From Eledone cirrhosa (taxonomy: Eukaryota), in NCBI GenBank assembly GCA_964016885.1, contig OZ024749.1:40238001-40302000 (forward strand): a stretch of 64,000 nucleotides of DNA, in the 5' to 3' direction. A program made the translations under genes and the position numbers. The notes beneath the pieces were generated by a model that worked only from the letters and a program-made list of their open reading frames with translations, was not told the origin of the DNA and did not search any database. Shown piece after piece: positions 58,242 to 64,000 of this stretch. Each line of letters begins with the position of its first letter. Position 1 is the first letter of the stretch.

Positions 58242-58813
58242 TGTATGAACACATGGGTGTCTTAGTACTTCTCTCTCACTCACTGAATATAGCCAATGAG
58301 TTTATTTGTTGACCTTAAGTGACCTTAAATGATCAATACTTTGCCCCTCTCCTCACCACCTTACTGCTCTTTCTCAGCCACCTGCACCACACCCATCACC
58401 GCCAGATCTAATACTTACGTGCTATTTCCAACATGGAGTACAGTTTTATTTATTTGTGAGATGTGAGAGTCTTCCTGTTGGCTTTTTAAAATGTTATTTA
58501 TATTCAATTGTATTTGTTTACAAACAGAAAGGGGAAGAGGCGGGGGAAGAGGCAGGGGAAGAGGCGGGGGAAGAGGCAGGGAAATATCAAAGGGAACAGA
58601 AATTGATACCTCAGAATCTACCGCTATGAGTGAACACTATATATATATATATATATTCATATATATAAATATGTGTGTATATATACATATATATAAATAA
58701 ATATAAATAAATATAAATAAATATAAATAAATATAAATAAATATATATATATATATATGTGTGTGTGTGTACAAAAATTAAAGAGTAAAATATTCACCAC
58801 AAAAGTCATTCTC

Positions 58814-58872
<59 letters not shown>

Positions 58873-59028
58873 AATAATGAGAATGACTTTTGTGGTGAAT
58901 ATTTTACTCTTTAATTTTTTTTGTAAACATGTTATCATTAAAATGTAAAGTAATCATAAGAAAAGTCATCCTCATTTTTTTTTTTCATATATATATATAC
59001 TAATGTACGAATATATGTATATATAAAC

Positions 59029-59150
<122 letters not shown>

Positions 59151-59284
59151 AATGATAAGATTATAATTCGCATGTACGAATTGTAATAAATATTATCTCT
59201 TTATATATAGATAACGCTCTATTTTCTTGACACTTTTGCTACGCACACACATATATCTATCTATCTCTCTCTCTATATATATAT

Positions 59285-59465
59285 AACGAAGGAGTTGTGG
59301 TAAGGAACCAGGTGGACCATAACGCACCAGAGTACTCAATACTTAGAGTAGTAGAGTGGGTAATAGGAAAATGTATGACCCCGACGGCAGAGCGTGGTAA
59401 TTCTAATTTAGTCCAGAAATAGCCGTCGAAACGGCTTGAGCTCTTCCGTCGGGGTCATACATTTT

Positions 59466-59504
<39 letters not shown>

Positions 59505-59572
59505 AGTAAATTAGAATCTGAGTACTCTGGTGCGTTATGGTCCATCTGGTTCCTTACCACTCTTCCTTCGTT
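59285..59572. mobile_element. Family A fold-back copy (59285-59468) plus a tail fragment (59503-59572)
   Basis: Family A motifs, TA-flanked. Confidence 0.75.
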
Positions 59573-59590
59573 ATATATATATATATAATG

Positions 59591-59654
<64 letters not shown>

Positions 59655-59700
59655 CATTAACAGAGAAAGCTTTATATATATATAATATAATATATATATA

Positions 59701-59830
<130 letters not shown>

Positions 59831-59876
59831 TATATATATATTATATTATATATATATAAAGCTTTCTCTGTTAATG

Positions 59877-59934
<58 letters not shown>

Positions 59935-60248
59935 GGTGGATTGGCAGAATCGGTAGAGGGTCGGATGCCATGCTTAGTACCATAGAATTACGGTCCTTTG
60001 TGGTCTGAGTTCAAATCCCCCCGAGGTTAACTTTGCTTTCATCCTTACGGGGTCGATAATAATAAAGCACCAGTAATGCACTGGGGTTGATTTAATCGAC
60101 TTTCCCCTTCTCCAAATTACTGGCCTTGTGTCTATACTAGAAATCATTATGAGGTTAACTTTGCCTTTCATCCTTATAGGGGCGATAAAATAAAGTACCA
60201 GTAATGTACTGAGTAATTGCTGGCCTTGTGCCAAAAAGTAGAAACAAT

Positions 60249-60250
<2 letters not shown>
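59935..60250 (+). mobile_element. SINE family 1 full copy plus a 3'-half copy
   Basis: 59935-60148 and 60151-60250. Confidence 0.85.
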
Positions 60251-60308
<58 letters not shown>

Positions 60309-60328
60309 TGTGTGTGTGTGTGTGTGGT

Positions 60329-60362
<34 letters not shown>

Positions 60363-60386
60363 CTGTGTGTGTATGTGTGTGTGTGT

Positions 60387-60435
<49 letters not shown>

Positions 60436-60717
60436 TGTGTGTGTGTGTGTACACATATCTCGACTCAGCTTTGTCTGTCTATACCTTCCTCTCTCCCTTC
60501 TTCACTTCTATTATTCTGTCTCTCATTTTTCACCTTTCTCTTTCTTCTTCTACTTCTTCTTCCTAGCTTCGTCTTCCATCAACAACAACGAAGACAAAAG
60601 ACAATAATATTTATTGAAGCCGGTTTTATTGCCATTTATATGATAATAAATATATATACATATATACATGTGTGTGTGTGTATGTATATATACATATGTG
60701 TGTGTGTATATATATAT

Positions 60718-60774
60718 AGATTCCTGATGATTCTGATTTCTAAAGAATGAAACAGTTCTAGTCCTGTAGAATCT
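60718..60774 (+). ncRNA. Type I hammerhead (family B, copy 60718-60858)
   Basis: AGATTC-CTGATGA-TTCT..AGAAT-GAAA-CAG..CTG-TA-GAATCT. Confidence 0.75.
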
Positions 60775-61107
60775 CATCTATATTAAAACTTTTATACTTT
60801 GCAATGTATTGAGTACCTTACTTACTGTGGTTACCTCCGATTCAACCCGGAATACCGTATATATATATAGAGAGATATATATATATATATGCATATACAA
60901 TAAAAAGAAATACACAGATACATGCGAATACATACATATACATGCATATACACACATATATCCCTGAATTTGTGTGGTGCCAACCCTAACCGTTGTTGCT
61001 CTATCATTAATAGGGACAAAATAATTTGAATGAATTAGACTCTATATGAGAGCTATATAATACATTATAAAGAAAGAAGAAACACTAGACATAAATTAAA
61101 AAAATAT

Positions 61108-61296
61108 ATTGTTTCTACGTTTGGCACAAGGCCAGCAATTACCCAGAGCATTACTGGTACTTTATTTTATCGACCTCGTAAGGATGAAAGGCAAAGTTAA
61201 CCTCGGCGGGATTTGAACTCAGAATGGCAAGGACCGTAACTCTATACGTCAAAGCATAGCGTCCGACCCTCTACCGATATTGCCAATCCACCGCCC
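61108..61296 (-). mobile_element. SINE family 1
   Basis: Full-length match. Confidence 0.85.
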
Positions 61297-61387
61297 TTAA
61301 TAAATAAAAAAATATAAATACCCAATATTCCTCTACATTCTCAATATATATATGTATATATGTATGTATATATATATATATATATAT

Positions 61388-61898
61388 AAAGAATGAATAA
61401 TAACAGGTAGACATCATAAAAAGGTAATTTATTCCGTGTGCTTACAAATGTTTCCACGGTGGTACTACAGCCTAGTTATGCTATGTGCAAATTTACAAGT
61501 ATTTGCAGAACTCAAATATCCAATGCTATGACCACTGTGCAAATTTACAAGTATTTGCAGAACTCAAATATCCAATGCTATGACCACTGTATCCTCAGAG
61601 GATACAGTGGTCACAGCATTGGATATTTGAGTTCTGCAAATACTTGTAAATTTGCACATAGCATAACTAGGCTGTAGTACCACCGTGGAAACATTTGTAA
61701 GCACACGGAATAAATTACCTTTTTATGATGTCTACCTGTTATTATTCATTCTTTATATACACTCCGGAATACAGAAGGATCAGGAACTAAGTTTCTTCAA
61801 CAATTCTTCCATAACTCGTAGAGTAACCTCTTACCGTACGTCAACCATATGCAGTGTAGTAATTAACCATTACTACATCTTGGATAATCCTATACCTA
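61388..61898 (+). mobile_element. Family I fold-back element; hammerhead with long stem II
   Basis: Palindrome centred at 61597, inside the CTGAGGA box (intact on the minus strand, 61592-61598). GAAA-CATTTG-TA at 61688-61699. 52-bp tandem duplication in the left arm. Confidence 0.72.
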
Positions 61899-62036
61899 AT
61901 ATATATATATATATAGAAATGTAAACTATCGCCGTATTTTGACTAAAGAAATTAAAGAAATTATTTAGCCTGGTAGTGGGGTTAAGAACCCTCGGAGAAA
62001 TGGAAAAAGATGAGTATTGACGATATATATATATAT

Positions 62037-62222
62037 AACGAAGGAAGTGTGGTAAGGAACCAGGTAGACCATAACGCACCAGAGTACTCAATACTTAGGG
62101 TAGTAGAATGGGTAATAGGAAAATGTTCAACACCCCGACGGCAGAGCTCGAGCCGTTTCGACGGCTATTTCTGGACCGTCGAAACGGCTCGAGCTCTGCC
62201 GTCGGGGTCTTGAACATTTTCA
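62037..62222 (-). mobile_element. Family A fold-back element
   Basis: Palindrome plus tail. Confidence 0.78.
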
Positions 62223-62689
62223 TATATATATATATATATTAGCAAACACCAAACACACAAAGTCACGAACTAAAATATAATACAAGTCAAGTACAGTGTT
62301 CGATTTAATTCATTTTACCCTCCCCAAAACAATTGCTGGCCTTGTTCCTAAATTTGAAATATATACTTGACATGAACTTTATTTAGTCAACCACTGAAAC
62401 ATGAAAGCCAAAGCTGATCTTCGCAGGATTTAAATTCAGAATGTAGAAGGCCATAACGAAAACGAAAATATATATGTTTAGAGTAAAAGCTAAGTCTTTT
62501 CAAGTCGCCATCTCTTGGAAAACTGTTGATTCTCGTGTTTATATATTAGGGCTACGTAGTGCGTCTTGTTACTGTGGAGTTTCACCTGCGCACTCACAGG
62601 ATCATGAGACAAGTCATAAATGTGTGTGTGTGTGGAATTTCCAGAGATGTAGCTACCCTACATCTCTCATCAAACACCGAAATGCCAAA

Positions 62690-63210
62690 GCAGCAACACT
62701 CAAAAGAATAGTGAGGACACTTGCCCTTACCCTAGAGGTAACATATGCTGCCATCAGGCAAGCCATTCGTATGGAAGGCCTGAATATCTAGTTGGCACAC
62801 TCGGGACCCTCATCGAGGAAACTGCTATACTGACACCGACCTATATACAACTGTATGTGCGCACTTCCTAACTGTCACATCAACTACGCAGGAGTGTCTA
62901 TGAGAGCGTATGTGGTCTACAAGGTCATGTGTAAAAGATATAACTCTTCGTCATTGGAAGTACCGGCCGGATACTGCACCTACAGATCAAGGAGCACATG
63001 ACAACTAGAGCTTCTTTTGTTAAAAAACACTGACATATTTCTGTCTCATTGGTACTACGAACAGGACCTATGAGAGGTGGTGATGTCCAGCTGGTACTTT
63101 GTTCCGGTACTTAAGAGCTAAGAAAACCACAGAGCAACCATGCAACATCCATTTTGAGAAAAGTCTTTGCCTGCTTCGGGACCCAAAGGAGTCTTGTACC
63201 GCCTTGCAAA
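62690..63210 (+). pseudogene. Possible highly decayed Gypsy integrase fragment
   Basis: Frameshifted HINYAG (compare HIDYAGP) and ILRKVFACFGT.RSLV (compare LxxIFARFGxPxxLV). Confidence 0.4.
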
Positions 63211-63712
63211 AATTCTCTTGGGGGCCCTGACTATGAACTTCAGTTTAAAGAAAAGGAGTTGTTATAACGACGAGTTGTAACTAACTATTGCCCACGGGGA
63301 AACGCCTTCTCCATTCTGTCCGCTGGGGGGAGGCCAGCACGTGGGACCCTATTTGCTCACCATACGGAGAGATGGGGAGGGCGAGAGAGTTGGAGGCGAT
63401 GACAGTGGGAGTTCGTCTCTTCCACGTTCGGACCATATCCAGCTAGTCTTCCTTTTCTACTAACATGAATCTAAATGGTTATTGTTGAGAAAACATTTCT
63501 ACGACCACTATTTGGTCAAGTATTCTTATCACATCGCCGACTAAATGTCTTGTAAGACACTCCTCCCGTGTGTATAAGTACCAGTGATATACTTGGGTCA
63601 ATTCATATTATCAATATCTTTCTCCCATGTCAAAGATTAACTTTCTTCGAACTATTAATCATCATCATCAACAACAACAATAAACCTACAATAGATAAAT
63701 AAATGCATAATG

Positions 63713-63807
63713 AATTGTTTCTACTTTTGGCACAAGGCCAGCAAAAACCCAGTGCATTACTGGTACTTTATTTTATCGACCCCGTAAGGATGAAAGGCAA
63801 AGTTAAC
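63713..63807 (-). mobile_element. SINE family 1, 3' half
   Basis: Core and tail match. Confidence 0.8.
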
Positions 63808-64000
63808 ATAATTAATGAACGATGGTGGTGGTAGCAGTTGTTGTGGTGGTGGTGGTGGTATTGGTGGTGATGGTAGTTGTTGTGGCGGTTGTGGTGGTGG
63901 TGGTAGCAGTAGTGGTTGCGGTAGTGGTGGTGGTGGTGGTAGTGATAGTTGTAGTGGTGGTGGTGATGGTGGTGGTGGTTGTAGTTGTAGTGGTGGTGGT

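Overview
AT-rich, microsatellite-saturated animal DNA, probably intronic or intergenic. The SINE sequences and repeat style suggest an octopus or other cephalopod (inference). I cannot support any intact protein-coding gene; nearly all listed ORFs are translations of microsatellites. Recognisable content: about 20 tRNA-derived SINE copies from two main families, non-autonomous RTE-derived elements, decayed LINE fragments (RTE, Tx1/L1, R4/Dong-like), a possible Gypsy integrase relic, three Tc1/mariner/pogo-type MITE loci, minisatellites and a few exon-like islands. The main signal is a set of about ten sequence-unrelated families of short elements embedded in (TA)n runs. They carry minimal type I hammerhead ribozymes (or their 3' halves), as known from Penelope-like retroelement pseudo-LTRs and retrozymes. 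Seven families share a bulged hairpin 3' of the ribozyme (ACUC-stem-loop-stem-UN-GAGU, with compensatory changes). Many insertions are fold-back palindromes whose inverted arm stops at a TA-rich site just 5' of that hairpin. One family is a ~440-nt tandem/circularly permuted, retrozyme-like unit.
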